Source: a virus
Reading direction: 5' to 3' (one strand)
IMG/VR virus record: IMGVR_UViG_3300031566_005149
Span: 16,158 to 80,157 of that record
DNA: 64,000 bases
Below the pieces are notes generated by a model. It worked only from the letters and a program-made list of their open reading frames with translations, searched no databases and was not told the origin of the DNA. Of this stretch, positions 20,328 through 30,378 are shown in pieces. Every line of letters starts with the position of its first letter. Position 1 is the stretch's first letter. The translations under genes and the position numbers were made by a program.

Positions 20328-20753
20328 TTAGCTCGGTCCTCCGATAACATTCAACGAAAATTCTTGGCCAGCCATGTGATTCATAAACGCTCTTATCGTA
20401 ATTCGCGAATTAAGAATGGCTTTCTGTTCACCAAGCCAACCAAATTTAGCACCCAAAAGCAAACAACCCTCTACTGACGTTTTCAACCCTTTATCTTTTC
20501 GGCCAGCATAATTTCCACTGTGTATTAAGATGTAAGATCGACCTGGAACTTTCGTTACCCAATATGTATTTTTAAACCTTGGAGAATATCGAAGCTTACA
20601 AATATAATTTCCCGATGGAATACATGAGATACTTCGTTGATTATCTCTCCACGGTAGTTCGAGAGTCTTACAGTTAAAACCAGATTCGGTTATTAATGCT
20701 CCCTCTGTTCCGTGATCACTGGTTCTAAATCTTAATAGATAAACATTTTTCAT
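20328..20753 (-). CDS. DUF5675-family protein (putative lysis-associated enzyme)
   Basis: TLELPWRDN..ISCIPSG.Y, VPGRSYILIHSGN, GCLLLG. Confidence 0.85.
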   Translation of the reverse strand: MKNVYLLRFRTSDHGTEGALITESGFNCKTLELPWRDNQRSISCIPSGNYICKLRYSPRFKNTYWVTKVPGRSYILIHSGNYAGRKDKGLKTSVEGCLLLGAKFGWLGEQKAILNSRITIRAFMNHMAGQEFSLNVIGGPS

Positions 20754-20844
20754 TTTTTCACCTTCTTTTTTAATAGAAGTTTCTGCTGTTTTAATTTTAA
20801 TTTTTGTAACTTCGCCCGTTTATTTTTATTGCAGCCACAAGCCA

Positions 20845-21528
20845 TTATTTTTTACCGCCTGTCTTGAATTGTCTCATAACCTTTACAACAGATTTCAATA
20901 ATTCAAATTTATTATCCGAATCTTTACAGATTTCATCTGCTTTTTCTAAGATTATATTCTGAACACTATCACTTGATGTTCCGGCATTTTTCATATAACT
21001 TCGAATACCTTCTTCATCAATCTTTTTTAACCTTTCCAGGTATTCACTTTTAGTGTCCTCAGTTATAATAATTGAAGATTCTGTTTGAATTTTTTTCTTT
21101 CTTTTTGGTTCTGGAAGTGTGACTTCTTCTTCTGGATCATCTACAATAATCTCAGCCTGTTCATCAACTTCCACATCTTCTGTTTTAATAGTTCTTACTT
21201 TGGGTTTTTTAATGGAAACTTTTGCTTTTACAGACACGGGTTCAACCATTTTTAATTTACCTTCCCATGGAACAAAGTAATTATGGTCAGTAAATACTTC
21301 TAACTTAGCTTCTATGCTACCACCTTTAATGTCATGTATAACATTGCGTAAGTGTGGTAAAGAAACTTTCACTTGTTGATTTTTTATAGTCACGGGAAAA
21401 CCATACTCTATTCCACCAAATATAATTCTAAATTTGCCATTTAGAGTATTACGATCCAAACCCTGGACATCCAAATCAAATGTTATCAATTTTCCCTTAT
21501 GGATATCTATCTGTATAGTTGAACTCAT
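20845..21528 (-). CDS. Hypothetical protein
   Basis: Own late-promoter motif and SD; no family recognised. Confidence 0.7.
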   Translation of the reverse strand: MSSTIQIDIHKGKLITFDLDVQGLDRNTLNGKFRIIFGGIEYGFPVTIKNQQVKVSLPHLRNVIHDIKGGSIEAKLEVFTDHNYFVPWEGKLKMVEPVSVKAKVSIKKPKVRTIKTEDVEVDEQAEIIVDDPEEEVTLPEPKRKKKIQTESSIIITEDTKSEYLERLKKIDEEGIRSYMKNAGTSSDSVQNIILEKADEICKDSDNKFELLKSVVKVMRQFKTGGKK

Positions 21529-21552
21529 TTGTTTTTATCCTCGCATAAGACT

Positions 21553-21568
21553 ATTTACTTTTTGTTCT
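21553..21568 (-). promoter_or_regulatory. Putative late promoter (AGAACAAAAAGTAAAT)
   Basis: Consensus copy. Confidence 0.65.
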
Positions 21569-21591
21569 ACATTTTATAGATTTTGTTTAAT

Positions 21592-22617
21592 CTAAAAATA
21601 TGGATCATCTAACTCCTCAGAAGACATATTAACAGTTTTGATTTCTATCTCACATTCATCACAATCCTCTGATGTTACTCCGGTTACTGTAATTTCTCCA
21701 GGTGGGTCAGCATACTTTTCAGCCATTGCTGGACCGGAAGGACCACCACCACCACCTTGATTACATATAGGACATTCATCAACAATATACGTTTTAGTTA
21801 TAGAATCCTCAGTCAATCCAGAATCGCGTACAATCAATTTAATCGTGAAAGTATCTAAGAATGGAAATGCATAATAAAAATCTATTTCTCCAACATCTTC
21901 CAATACTGCCAGGAGATTTCCAATACTATCTCTAACTTCCCATCTACTGTATATAATAGGTGGAAATGTTGTTGATGATGTATTTATGTATTTATAATTG
22001 AATAGTAAAGAATCACAATCTGGTAATTTCTCTCTTTCGAAATCAGCTTGAATTTCTGTTGTGCTTGATGAACTCGAACTGGTCGAAGAGCTGGATGAAC
22101 TGGAGCTAGACGAGATCGAACTACTTGATAAACTAGAACTCGAACTACTTGATAAACTAGAACTCGAACTGATCGAAGAACTGCTGGATGAACTTGAGCT
22201 GCTGCTACTGCTGGACAAACTCGATGAGCTACTTGAGCTCGATGAACTCGAACTCGAACTCGTTGATGATGAGCTGGAGCTGGAGCTGGAACTTGTTGAT
22301 GATGAACTGGAACTGGAACTCGTTGATGAAGAACTTACCGAACTGGAACTTGATGAACTTGAGCTGGAGCTTGACAGGCTTGATGAACTAGATGAGCTCG
22401 AAGAACTTACTGAACTGGAGCTTGATGAACTTGAGCTGGAGCTTGACAGGCTTGATGAACTAGATGAGCTCGAAGAACTTACTGAACTGGAGCTTGACGA
22501 CGAAGACCCCTCGACCCAATTAACAATTAAGTCACCCGCTCTATATGGAGTAGCACATTCATCACATGAATCTACTTGTGAAAAATATGGTACTCCAAAT
22601 GGATTAGCTCCAAACAT
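21592..22617 (-). CDS. Poly-serine virion protein with PKD/Ig-like C-terminal domain
   Basis: About 150-residue Ser tract; W...FTIKLIVRDSG..DS.TK is PKD-like; MFGANPFG..YFS N-terminus. Confidence 0.75.
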   Translation of the reverse strand: MFGANPFGVPYFSQVDSCDECATPYRAGDLIVNWVEGSSSSSSSSVSSSSSSSSSSLSSSSSSSSSSSSVSSSSSSSSSSLSSSSSSSSSSSSVSSSSTSSSSSSSSTSSSSSSSSSSTSSSSSSSSSSSSSSLSSSSSSSSSSSSSSISSSSSLSSSSSSSLSSSSISSSSSSSSSSTSSSSSSTTEIQADFEREKLPDCDSLLFNYKYINTSSTTFPPIIYSRWEVRDSIGNLLAVLEDVGEIDFYYAFPFLDTFTIKLIVRDSGLTEDSITKTYIVDECPICNQGGGGGPSGPAMAEKYADPPGEITVTGVTSEDCDECEIEIKTVNMSSEELDDPYF

Positions 22618-22629
22618 TTAATTTCCTCA

Positions 22630-24015
22630 TTATTCATAAACAATTAGTACGTTACAAGCTGCGACACTTATTGTAAGTGTTAATCCTATATTGAATGCAA
22701 GATTTCTAAAATCTAAATCTATCGGTTCAGTTTTAGCTGGAAGTGGTCCACTTGACCATTTAATTTCTCCAGAATTTGTCACATTATCATATAAAGTTAC
22801 TACACTAGTAGATACCATACTAGATATGATCATACCGTGTAAAATACCAGGACCATACTTTAATACATTTCCAACAGTTACTCCCACTTGATATTTACTT
22901 CTTGGTTGAGTTAATAATGGACCTAATCTAGAAATGCTCATAACTCTACAATATAAAACATGATTAGTATCAAGACCGCTAGAGTTAACATTATCCATTC
23001 CAACATACATAGTCATTGTATTTGACCAAGTAGTTGTTAAGGCGCTGACCGTATGAAGTATTTCATCTCCAATAACAAACCAAACTTTAGAATTGGTCCA
23101 ATATATTTCATATGTTTTTGCATTTGTGTCTACCTCTATAGTTGATCCCAATTGACCATTAAAATTACCGTTGGTTACTTTAGTTTCACTACCACCCTTA
23201 ATTGTTGAAATTTCAAACGTAGTTCCTTCTAATGAAAAGAATGCTCCATCGGTAATAGTTGGCATTGTTGCACCCCAACCGATTCCCCAACGTCTTCTAT
23301 TATTAGCAACTCCTAAATCTCCAAGTTGTATTACTGCTCTGAATCTCATTGAGTTACCAGCGGAATATCTTGCAGCAGCAGAACTGGCCGCAATTGTGGA
23401 ACCATTAGGAGTTGTATTAGTTGCAAGAGTTATTTGAGCGCCACCCTGACTTGTAGTTCCTCCATTTGCATTAGTCACCACCACAAAATTTGAATCTACT
23501 GTTGATCCTGTAAAGTTAGTCCCAACTAACTTTGTAATAGCTGCTGTTCTTATTTCCCCTATTGGAGTATTTTCTGCATGAAATCCATAATTATCATTAA
23601 TATGGGCTTCTATTTTTAATCTTCCATCTTCAGTTAAACTTCTAGGAACCGCTTCAACCATTGGGCATAGAGCTAATTGAAGTCTGAAAAATGTAGTCGC
23701 TGAAGATCCTAAGTTAACCACTCTTAATCTAACATATGAATTAACAGCTTGTACTGTCCAACCATCCCCACCCAAGGAATACAAATAATCAAACTCATCC
23801 ATTATATCCCAATTAATACCATCCGGTGACTGATCTACAGTAATATGACAATTCTGATCCGTCTTTATAGAAACCTGCAAACCAACGACTCCAAGTGTCG
23901 AAGTTGATATTCCTGTAAATGTATCGCCAGTGGAATCAGCAGCTTCCAAATTAACATCAGAACTATTATTTGGATCGGCTACTACATCTTGTTTTATATG
24001 TTTAAAATAACTCAT
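22630..24015 (-). CDS. Beta-rich virion protein (fibre/decoration; lectin-like central region)
   Basis: Thr/Ser/Gly-rich, TYEIYWTNSKVWFVI ConA-like strand pattern. Confidence 0.55.
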   Translation of the reverse strand: MSYFKHIKQDVVADPNNSSDVNLEAADSTGDTFTGISTSTLGVVGLQVSIKTDQNCHITVDQSPDGINWDIMDEFDYLYSLGGDGWTVQAVNSYVRLRVVNLGSSATTFFRLQLALCPMVEAVPRSLTEDGRLKIEAHINDNYGFHAENTPIGEIRTAAITKLVGTNFTGSTVDSNFVVVTNANGGTTSQGGAQITLATNTTPNGSTIAASSAAARYSAGNSMRFRAVIQLGDLGVANNRRRWGIGWGATMPTITDGAFFSLEGTTFEISTIKGGSETKVTNGNFNGQLGSTIEVDTNAKTYEIYWTNSKVWFVIGDEILHTVSALTTTWSNTMTMYVGMDNVNSSGLDTNHVLYCRVMSISRLGPLLTQPRSKYQVGVTVGNVLKYGPGILHGMIISSMVSTSVVTLYDNVTNSGEIKWSSGPLPAKTEPIDLDFRNLAFNIGLTLTISVAACNVLIVYE

Positions 24016-24025
24016 TTCATCCCCC

Positions 24026-24598
24026 TTAAATTATAATCCATAAACCAGCATAATAATCACAAATTTGAAGGTTTTCATATTGATTAATCGCTTGATTTAA
24101 TTCTCCGTCTATTGTGTTTGTTGCATAACCTTCAACAGTTATCACGCCAGAGTTTATATTTTTTATATTTATTATTCTTCCGGAGCCAGTAGCTTCGAGA
24201 AGATTTATAGTAAAATCACTAGCTGAATCACATACAATTACATCATCATTACCCTCAACTGTATATGTACCTGTTTTTATTACAGAATTTAAAAATCTAA
24301 ATGTTCTAGACGCATAAGCTGTAATTGTGGCAGAAAATCTATCACCAACTATAATGGTTCTTGCAGATGTTCCTTCTTGTTGCCTTGTGATTGTAAATAT
24401 GTCTCCGGTGCTATCTATAACAGTTACGATCTCAGCATTCGTTGATAATGGCATTTCACTAACTGGCCACACAACAGCATTGAACGGAGTTGGTGGAAAT
24501 AATGTTCCATCTCCAGACGTTATTTCTATTTGTGTCCCTGTTGTGGATGGTAATGGTGCTACCACAACTCTTGAATAAGCGAAATTTTTGTATTCCAT
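24026..24598 (-). CDS. Tail-fibre-like protein
   Basis: EIVTV...FTITRQQEGTSA and TINL...GR.INIK...TIDG motifs common in phage fibres. Confidence 0.65.
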   Translation of the reverse strand: MEYKNFAYSRVVVAPLPSTTGTQIEITSGDGTLFPPTPFNAVVWPVSEMPLSTNAEIVTVIDSTGDIFTITRQQEGTSARTIIVGDRFSATITAYASRTFRFLNSVIKTGTYTVEGNDDVIVCDSASDFTINLLEATGSGRIINIKNINSGVITVEGYATNTIDGELNQAINQYENLQICDYYAGLWIII

Positions 24599-24611
24599 TT
24601 AATTACTCTCC

Positions 24612-25229
24612 TTATGATTTAATAATTCTAAACTGAATATATCTGTCATTTGTATTGTGTGCTACTATATAATCGTCCCATGCTGGTAATATATCGTCTT
24701 GATTGAACGGTATTTGTGAGTGTCTTAGTTGTATTGTTGCATAGCATTGCCCATCCTCATATACATCTTCTCTCATTGTAATTATTCTTGGAAATATCGA
24801 ACCGAGATTATAAACAGCACTCCGACCCTCTTCACCACATTCCAATTGTAATTGACCCCAGTCTTGATCACCGATAATGGTTGGGATAAATGCAGTTCCA
24901 TCACTCCAAGTTTGCCAAGAAACTGGATCTTCATCTACAGGATTTTGCTCGCCGAATGCCCAAGCTCCAGCCGAAGCTGTACTTGAAGAACTTGAGCTGG
25001 TTGAGGAACTCGAACTCGAAGAACTAGTGGAACTTGACGAGCTACTACTCGATGAACTTAGGCTCGATGAACTGATTGAAGATGAACTGGAACTGATTGA
25101 AGATGAACTGGAACTGATTGAAGATGAACTGGAACTGATTGAAGATGAACTGGGCTCCCACTCCAATGGTTCTGAGGCGACCCACTCACCATCTTCAAAT
25201 ACCCATTGCATATCAGTTATTTGTGCCAT
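24612..25229 (-). CDS. Poly-serine virion protein
   Basis: About 55-residue Ser tract with (ISSSSSS)n repeats; RYIQFR C-terminus. Confidence 0.75.
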   Translation of the reverse strand: MAQITDMQWVFEDGEWVASEPLEWEPSSSSISSSSSSISSSSSSISSSSSSISSSSLSSSSSSSSSSTSSSSSSSSTSSSSSSTASAGAWAFGEQNPVDEDPVSWQTWSDGTAFIPTIIGDQDWGQLQLECGEEGRSAVYNLGSIFPRIITMREDVYEDGQCYATIQLRHSQIPFNQDDILPAWDDYIVAHNTNDRYIQFRIIKS

Positions 25230-25300
25230 ATATAGTTCATCCTCCTTATGATCAACGCCTGTTACACTTGTTTATATAATTGCATTATATGTCAAGTTTT

Positions 25301-26017
25301 CTATACCTCATACGTTATTGTGAAAAAGATATTACCAGCATCGTCAGTGACACCAGAGACAAGTATGAGAGGTGATCCACCACTTGCAATATTAACCAGA
25401 GCGGCAGACTGAGCACCATTTGGTATGATTGCAGTAACGCTTCCCGTAAATGCAACATTAGCAACCAAAACTCCTCCAAAGTAACTGACATTCGTCGCGG
25501 TCTGCGTTGCAAATGGGAGTCCCTGAATATAAAAGCTGTTGTTCGCGGTTAGACCCGTTGTGTTGATTGTTAGCAGCCTACACGTCACGGTTACCTGTCG
25601 ACCAACTTTAGTATACGTCCCTAATGCTGTAGCTGCGCTACCCGTATTTCCACCAGTCGCTGCATCTGCCGGCACCGGAGTCCACGTTCCCTCTTTATAG
25701 TCGTCAAGGGTATTAACAGCTATTAAACCACCTTCGCCGTCAGTAGTTGTATGATCATGAACTGGAAGTGAATGAGTTCCATCCTTTCCAACTATTCCAT
25801 ACCAAACTTCAGTTAGATTAACAGTTAAGGTATCGCTACCTGCATCCAAAATTACTGTTGTATTTGGAGCTCCATATGACGATGATGCGATTGTGCCATA
25901 TTGTAATCCATCTACACCACAGTCAGTTTTAACTCTTCTACCTGCATGAAAATCCAATGTTAAATCTGTTACTACAGTGAATGAGGTACCACTTACATAT
26001 GTTGCTGCTAATCCCAT
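25301..26017 (-). CDS. Tail-fibre-like protein
   Basis: LDDYKEGTWTP, GTYTKVGRQVTV, IQGLPF C-terminal fibre domain; GC shift in the 3' half suggests a swapped module. Confidence 0.7.
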   Translation of the reverse strand: MGLAATYVSGTSFTVVTDLTLDFHAGRRVKTDCGVDGLQYGTIASSSYGAPNTTVILDAGSDTLTVNLTEVWYGIVGKDGTHSLPVHDHTTTDGEGGLIAVNTLDDYKEGTWTPVPADAATGGNTGSAATALGTYTKVGRQVTVTCRLLTINTTGLTANNSFYIQGLPFATQTATNVSYFGGVLVANVAFTGSVTAIIPNGAQSAALVNIASGGSPLILVSGVTDDAGNIFFTITYEV

Positions 26018-26048
26018 TTTACTTCCTCCTTATATATAATACTACAAA

Positions 26049-26438
26049 TTATTTATATTCCATCTGACTCAGCTGTTGTAGTCTTTGAGTAATAAATACC
26101 ACTTCATCAGTCAGTTTCTTAAGTTTTTCAGAAAGCTTACCCCTACATTTTGGTGGTTTGTTTGTTTTAGAACAATCCGCTGATTTTCTTTTTATTTCAC
26201 CCAGCTGTCTTTGCTTTGCATCCAACTTAGCCTTCAACATACAAACACCCTTCTCTCTCGGAGGTAAATCTTTACATTTCCTTGCAGCTTTATTGAAATA
26301 TTCTTTATACAACCTGAAAGCCATATTTGTAATACTGAAAGCGGCTGAAAAAGCACTGATGGTTAAAATTGTTGGGTCTATCTCTTGAAGACTGTCTTCT
26401 TGAAGTTCATCCAGATATTTTTGTACTTTATCACTCAT
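26049..26438 (-). CDS. Hypothetical late protein (Cys/Lys-rich)
   Basis: SD GAGG and upstream late motif. Confidence 0.7.
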   Translation of the reverse strand: MSDKVQKYLDELQEDSLQEIDPTILTISAFSAAFSITNMAFRLYKEYFNKAARKCKDLPPREKGVCMLKAKLDAKQRQLGEIKRKSADCSKTNKPPKCRGKLSEKLKKLTDEVVFITQRLQQLSQMEYK

Positions 26439-26478
26439 TGTAATTACCTCGAATATTTATTTAATGCAGTGGGTACGT

Positions 26479-26494
26479 GTTTACATTTTGTTCT
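26479..26494 (-). promoter_or_regulatory. Putative late promoter (AGAACAAAATGTAAAC)
   Basis: Consensus copy. Confidence 0.6.
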
Positions 26495-26516
26495 AGGTTT
26501 TTACTAAGATGATGAA

Positions 26517-27479
26517 TTATAAAATTCTTTTTTGGGCTTTAACAGCATTCTGATTCCATAGCTGCTCTAAGAATTTTTTATTTCCAGTATCATCATATTC
26601 TTTTATTTTATTGTATACGTGAGCTGGACAAAATCTCTTATCGAGGTATTTGTGGTGGGGAGGGAGTTTTTGATATCTTAAAGCTTTATTATAAATGCCA
26701 TGAATGTGACGAAAGCCAATTAATTTATCCCAAGTGCCAACACCAGGAACAGATACTTGTGTGTCAGCAGGATTCTCTTTTGGTTTAACAACCTTTAACC
26801 CCAATTCTTCTGATGCAATGTGAAGTCTGGATTCTGGATTTCCCAATCGTTGGTGGGTCTTCTCATACGTTTCAAATGGAACAAAGTGTTTTACATAATG
26901 TTCTGCAAGAGCTCTCATCGCGTCAGACTTGCCAATAAACCCAGTTGTATTTAATAAAGGTCTCCCATTATTATCTTCCCAACCGATTGCTGCGATATCA
27001 GCATCTCCAAGAATATCAAATAGTTTATCGAAGTTTTCTGGTTTATCTAAGACGCAATCACCATTAGCACAATAGATATATGGATGAGAACCAACATCAT
27101 TAATTCCAGATCTTATTAACCATCCATAACCATATGTCACACCACCCCAATCATTCCATTTTGTAGTCGAAAACGAATGCAGTTGGTCAAATACATCTCT
27201 TGGGGGCATAACATTATCATATGTTTGTGTTGGAATAGTTGGGTCTAGATAATTAGCGTAGGATAAGTGTACCCAATATCCTGTTTTTATATGAGATTCA
27301 ACGGAAGATTTTAAAAACATTCTCCCAGATGGATGAGCTGTTAAAACAATAGCACATTTTTTCTGAGATTTTACTGACCAAGAATCATTTTTCATGTACC
27401 CGTTGAGTATATGTTTGGCATAAGATTTTTGTTGTGGTGTTAACTTTGGATCGTTAAGAGTCTCTCTTGTTATTCCCAT
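26517..27479 (-). CDS. Putative GT-A-fold glycosyltransferase, paralog of 29311-30378
   Basis: AIVLTAHP..RMFL, YIYCANGDC (DxD-like position); lies in glycan cluster. Confidence 0.5.
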   Translation of the reverse strand: MGITRETLNDPKLTPQQKSYAKHILNGYMKNDSWSVKSQKKCAIVLTAHPSGRMFLKSSVESHIKTGYWVHLSYANYLDPTIPTQTYDNVMPPRDVFDQLHSFSTTKWNDWGGVTYGYGWLIRSGINDVGSHPYIYCANGDCVLDKPENFDKLFDILGDADIAAIGWEDNNGRPLLNTTGFIGKSDAMRALAEHYVKHFVPFETYEKTHQRLGNPESRLHIASEELGLKVVKPKENPADTQVSVPGVGTWDKLIGFRHIHGIYNKALRYQKLPPHHKYLDKRFCPAHVYNKIKEYDDTGNKKFLEQLWNQNAVKAQKRIL

Positions 27480-27480
27480 T

Positions 27481-27825
27481 TTATTTCCCCCATTCCTCTA
27501 TCTTTCTTGACATTAACTTAAAACCTCCATGGGTTTTCGACCATCCTTTTTCGAGGTATTTTTTCTCTAATTTATCATATTCTTTTTTATCTCCATTATA
27601 TTCATATCGAGATTTAAAAATAGTCTGATATAAATAAATTTGTCCAAATTTGGGAGCTTGTTCTATAGTATCAATATAAAAATGCTCATCCTCTTCATAT
27701 TCTATAAAAGTATTTAATTGTGGTGGAATATCTAATTCTATTCCTTTAATAACACGAAAAAATTCCGTGGAATATCCATTATTATCCTTTTCCCCAACAG
27801 CTATAATCATTAAATAATTTCTCAT
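27481..27825 (-). CDS. Hypothetical protein
   Basis: Overlapping start/stop coupling with neighbours. Confidence 0.65.
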   Translation of the reverse strand: MRNYLMIIAVGEKDNNGYSTEFFRVIKGIELDIPPQLNTFIEYEEDEHFYIDTIEQAPKFGQIYLYQTIFKSRYEYNGDKKEYDKLEKKYLEKGWSKTHGGFKLMSRKIEEWGK

Positions 27826-28085
27826 TTCTCCTCCTCTGCCATTTCCGCTAAAACGTCACCATGACATGTATCGGGATGGCACCAGCAACCGAGTGTCTGA
27901 CCCTTGAGTTCACCTAGTTCGCATCTTAGCTGTGGATTCATAAAAATATATTGTCTAAACTTTTCAACAACTTCCTCTCTCGTACCATCTTTTCCTATCA
28001 TATATGGATTTCCCCATTTGGATGGTCGACCTATATAAACATCATAGGATTCTTCTTTGCAGTGAACGACTTTAGTTTTTTGCAT
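27822..28085 (-). CDS. DUF4326-family protein
   Basis: VVHCK...DVYIGRPSKWGNPY, LGCWCHP..CHGDVL; start moved to MQKTK. Confidence 0.9.
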   Translation of the reverse strand: MQKTKVVHCKEESYDVYIGRPSKWGNPYMIGKDGTREEVVEKFRQYIFMNPQLRCELGELKGQTLGCWCHPDTCHGDVLAEMAEEEK

Positions 28086-28368
28086 TAGTAAGGCTCCAGG
28101 CAATTGCATCAAAATCGTATTTTCTATTTCCGTTATCATCTTCAACAACAGCCAACTCTCTGATTTCATCTGATATCATAGGCATTCTCACATTATAAGA
28201 CACATCACACTTCGGGTGAAAATTCCCATCACCATCAACAAAGAAACTAACATGTCTAGAACCGCCCATCGAAGACAGCTGATTCCAATATATAAACATC
28301 GCGTGGAGTGCTAACGCCTGTGGCTTCGTTACTTCCATTTCAACTCTCATTTTTATTTTATCACTCAT
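28072..28368 (-). CDS. Conserved phage hypothetical protein
   Basis: GGSR.V.FFVDGDGNFHPK motif. Confidence 0.7.
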   Translation of the reverse strand: MSDKIKMRVEMEVTKPQALALHAMFIYWNQLSSMGGSRHVSFFVDGDGNFHPKCDVSYNVRMPMISDEIRELAVVEDDNGNRKYDFDAIAWSLTNAKN

Positions 28369-28434
28369 TGTTTATCCTTTCAACTTATACAGCGAATTAA
28401 CCAATTGCACTGTCTTATTCTCCGTATAAGTTAA

Positions 28435-29307
28435 TCATTTTCCATTTTTACATTTCATATCCTGATACCCACATTCTTTTTTTCTATGAACTCCTCTATG
28501 GCATTTCTTACAGTAAGTAATACATTTATCAATATCAGCACTCTCAAGTGGTTCCCATCTAATTCCTTCAATATGATGACAGTGCAAAGATTTTATAAAA
28601 CCACACTTCCGGCAAGTCCAGTTATCTCTTTCAAAAACCAGATGCCTAAGTTGTGGTTGAACTTCTCTTGATAAGTATTTTGTCTTATTTTCTTCGGCTG
28701 AATATTTTTGTTTTCTATATATTGAGCATTCCTTTTTACATTCATTACTACAATATAATCTATACTCTCCACCGACTGTTCCATTTAAAGCATATATTCT
28801 GCATTGAATTTCACTTCTTTTTGGTGTATACCACCTACCACAATATGTGCATGTAACATCTAAAATTTTAGAATTCTCTTTATTTCTTTTCACCTTTTCA
28901 GCATATTTTATTTGACTTGCATAGGTATTATATAATGGTATATTCTTTTGATAATAACCACCAGACCAATTAGGATGTTTTTTTCCTTTCATTTTTCCTT
29001 TTCGATTTCTTCTTATTAATCTTTTGGTTTCTTCCGACCGAATGAGACCATGGCTCGGACTGTTTTCTCCTCTAAAACGCCCAATTAAAGATTTACTAAT
29101 TTTTTCTTTCGTTTTATCTGAAGGATTTCTACTTGTTAAATAACACGATTTGCTACAAAAATTGCTAATTTTATGAAAGTACGTTAAATATGGATTTCCA
29201 CATTTATCACATTTATCTATATAAACATAAGCATGTTTGTTTTCAAACCATCTATTTGTTTTTAAGTCATATTTTAATTTATTTAAATTATCCCAACATA
29301 TTTTCAT
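28435..29307 (-). CDS. Free-standing HNH endonuclease with NUMOD3 repeats
   Basis: SEETKRLI, HPNWSGG; VFERDNWTCRKCG...LHCHH...CKKCH. Confidence 0.85.
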   Translation of the reverse strand: MKICWDNLNKLKYDLKTNRWFENKHAYVYIDKCDKCGNPYLTYFHKISNFCSKSCYLTSRNPSDKTKEKISKSLIGRFRGENSPSHGLIRSEETKRLIRRNRKGKMKGKKHPNWSGGYYQKNIPLYNTYASQIKYAEKVKRNKENSKILDVTCTYCGRWYTPKRSEIQCRIYALNGTVGGEYRLYCSNECKKECSIYRKQKYSAEENKTKYLSREVQPQLRHLVFERDNWTCRKCGFIKSLHCHHIEGIRWEPLESADIDKCITYCKKCHRGVHRKKECGYQDMKCKNGK

Positions 29308-29310
29308 AAA

Positions 29311-30378
29311 CTATTTATCATATCCTTTTTCTTTTATAAATGTTTTCCATTTAGTTTCATATTCCTCATCTTTAATTATATAGCTATCATATTTCCATTT
29401 TTTAAAAAAACCAGTACGTTCACTATATGGACCAAATTCTTTTCTTTTAGAATTATCATATATCGGTTTGTTGCCGTAATATTCTAAATTTGAATACCGT
29501 CTGTTGAAAAAACTGTCCTCCCCAGTATCATAATACATATACAAATAACGATAATCACCTGTCAAATAAAATTTATATAAAGTATCTTTTTCATGTTTGC
29601 TAAAATATTCTCCATCGTTCCTCATGTCAAAAAAATTTTTTGATAAAGGATTCAAATGTTGTTGACATATTACCTTCATTTCGCCACCAAGATTTCTGAA
29701 TCCAACCAACTCCTTCCAAGTGCTCGGTTGATTGTAACTTGCATAATGATCAATCTTTCCAGCATATTTATGACCCTTCGGAAATAAGGGTTGCATTCTC
29801 GGGACAATGTTTTTAATGTTTCTCTCTTTTACAAAGTCCCTCAATAAAACTTCGGGGCTGTAACTTTCAGGGATATTATTCTCTAACATGGCTATGACAT
29901 AATCAACGAACATATGAAATACCCAACATTTCATTATCATAGCGGCTGTATGTAATGTGCTATCTGCCGTAACACACATCATATCTCCATCATTGCGTTT
30001 AACCACATCTTTAAGTTTATCAACATTCTCTGGCTTCTCCCAAATGCAGTCACCGTTCGTAATTATAACAGCCTCAATATTGTTCAGGGGCCTGATGAGT
30101 CCACCCGCGAGGACCACATCATACAACCACCCTATTCGCTTCTCAGCACCGTATGTGATAGGTTTTGTTACTATTGAATGTGGTATATTCATTATATTAT
30201 CATGTGGCCAGGATTTATGTGAATCATATGATAGTATCACGTACTTTCCAGTTTTCATATAATTGTTTAATGTTGCCTCTAAGAACATGCGATGTCCAGG
30301 ATGGCTAGTGACTATAATTGCTGTATCTGTTCTTAGGATAAAATCATTTTGTTTGTATTGTTTAGATGTTGCTACCAT
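29311..30378 (-). CDS. Putative GT-A-fold glycosyltransferase, paralog of 26517-27479
   Basis: AIIVTSHP..RMFL, ITNGDCIWEKPEN, TWKELVGFR shared with paralog. Confidence 0.5.
   Translation of the reverse strand: MVATSKQYKQNDFILRTDTAIIVTSHPGHRMFLEATLNNYMKTGKYVILSYDSHKSWPHDNIMNIPHSIVTKPITYGAEKRIGWLYDVVLAGGLIRPLNNIEAVIITNGDCIWEKPENVDKLKDVVKRNDGDMMCVTADSTLHTAAMIMKCWVFHMFVDYVIAMLENNIPESYSPEVLLRDFVKERNIKNIVPRMQPLFPKGHKYAGKIDHYASYNQPSTWKELVGFRNLGGEMKVICQQHLNPLSKNFFDMRNDGEYFSKHEKDTLYKFYLTGDYRYLYMYYDTGEDSFFNRRYSNLEYYGNKPIYDNSKRKEFGPYSERTGFFKKWKYDSYIIKDEEYETKWKTFIKEKGYDK

Noticed and set aside
22061-22621. + strand (ELELD)n ORF, and a similar one at 24877-25251
   Set aside because: Antisense shadow of TCN/AGY serine codons in the poly-Ser genes; against operon direction.
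28435-30378. Amber readthrough fusing the GT-like gene to the HNH gene (TAG-TTT-ATG in frame); also TAG-ATG at 57202-57207
   Set aside because: Both downstream genes have their own ATG and upstream purine-rich SD; in-frame adjacency is expected by chance one time in three.
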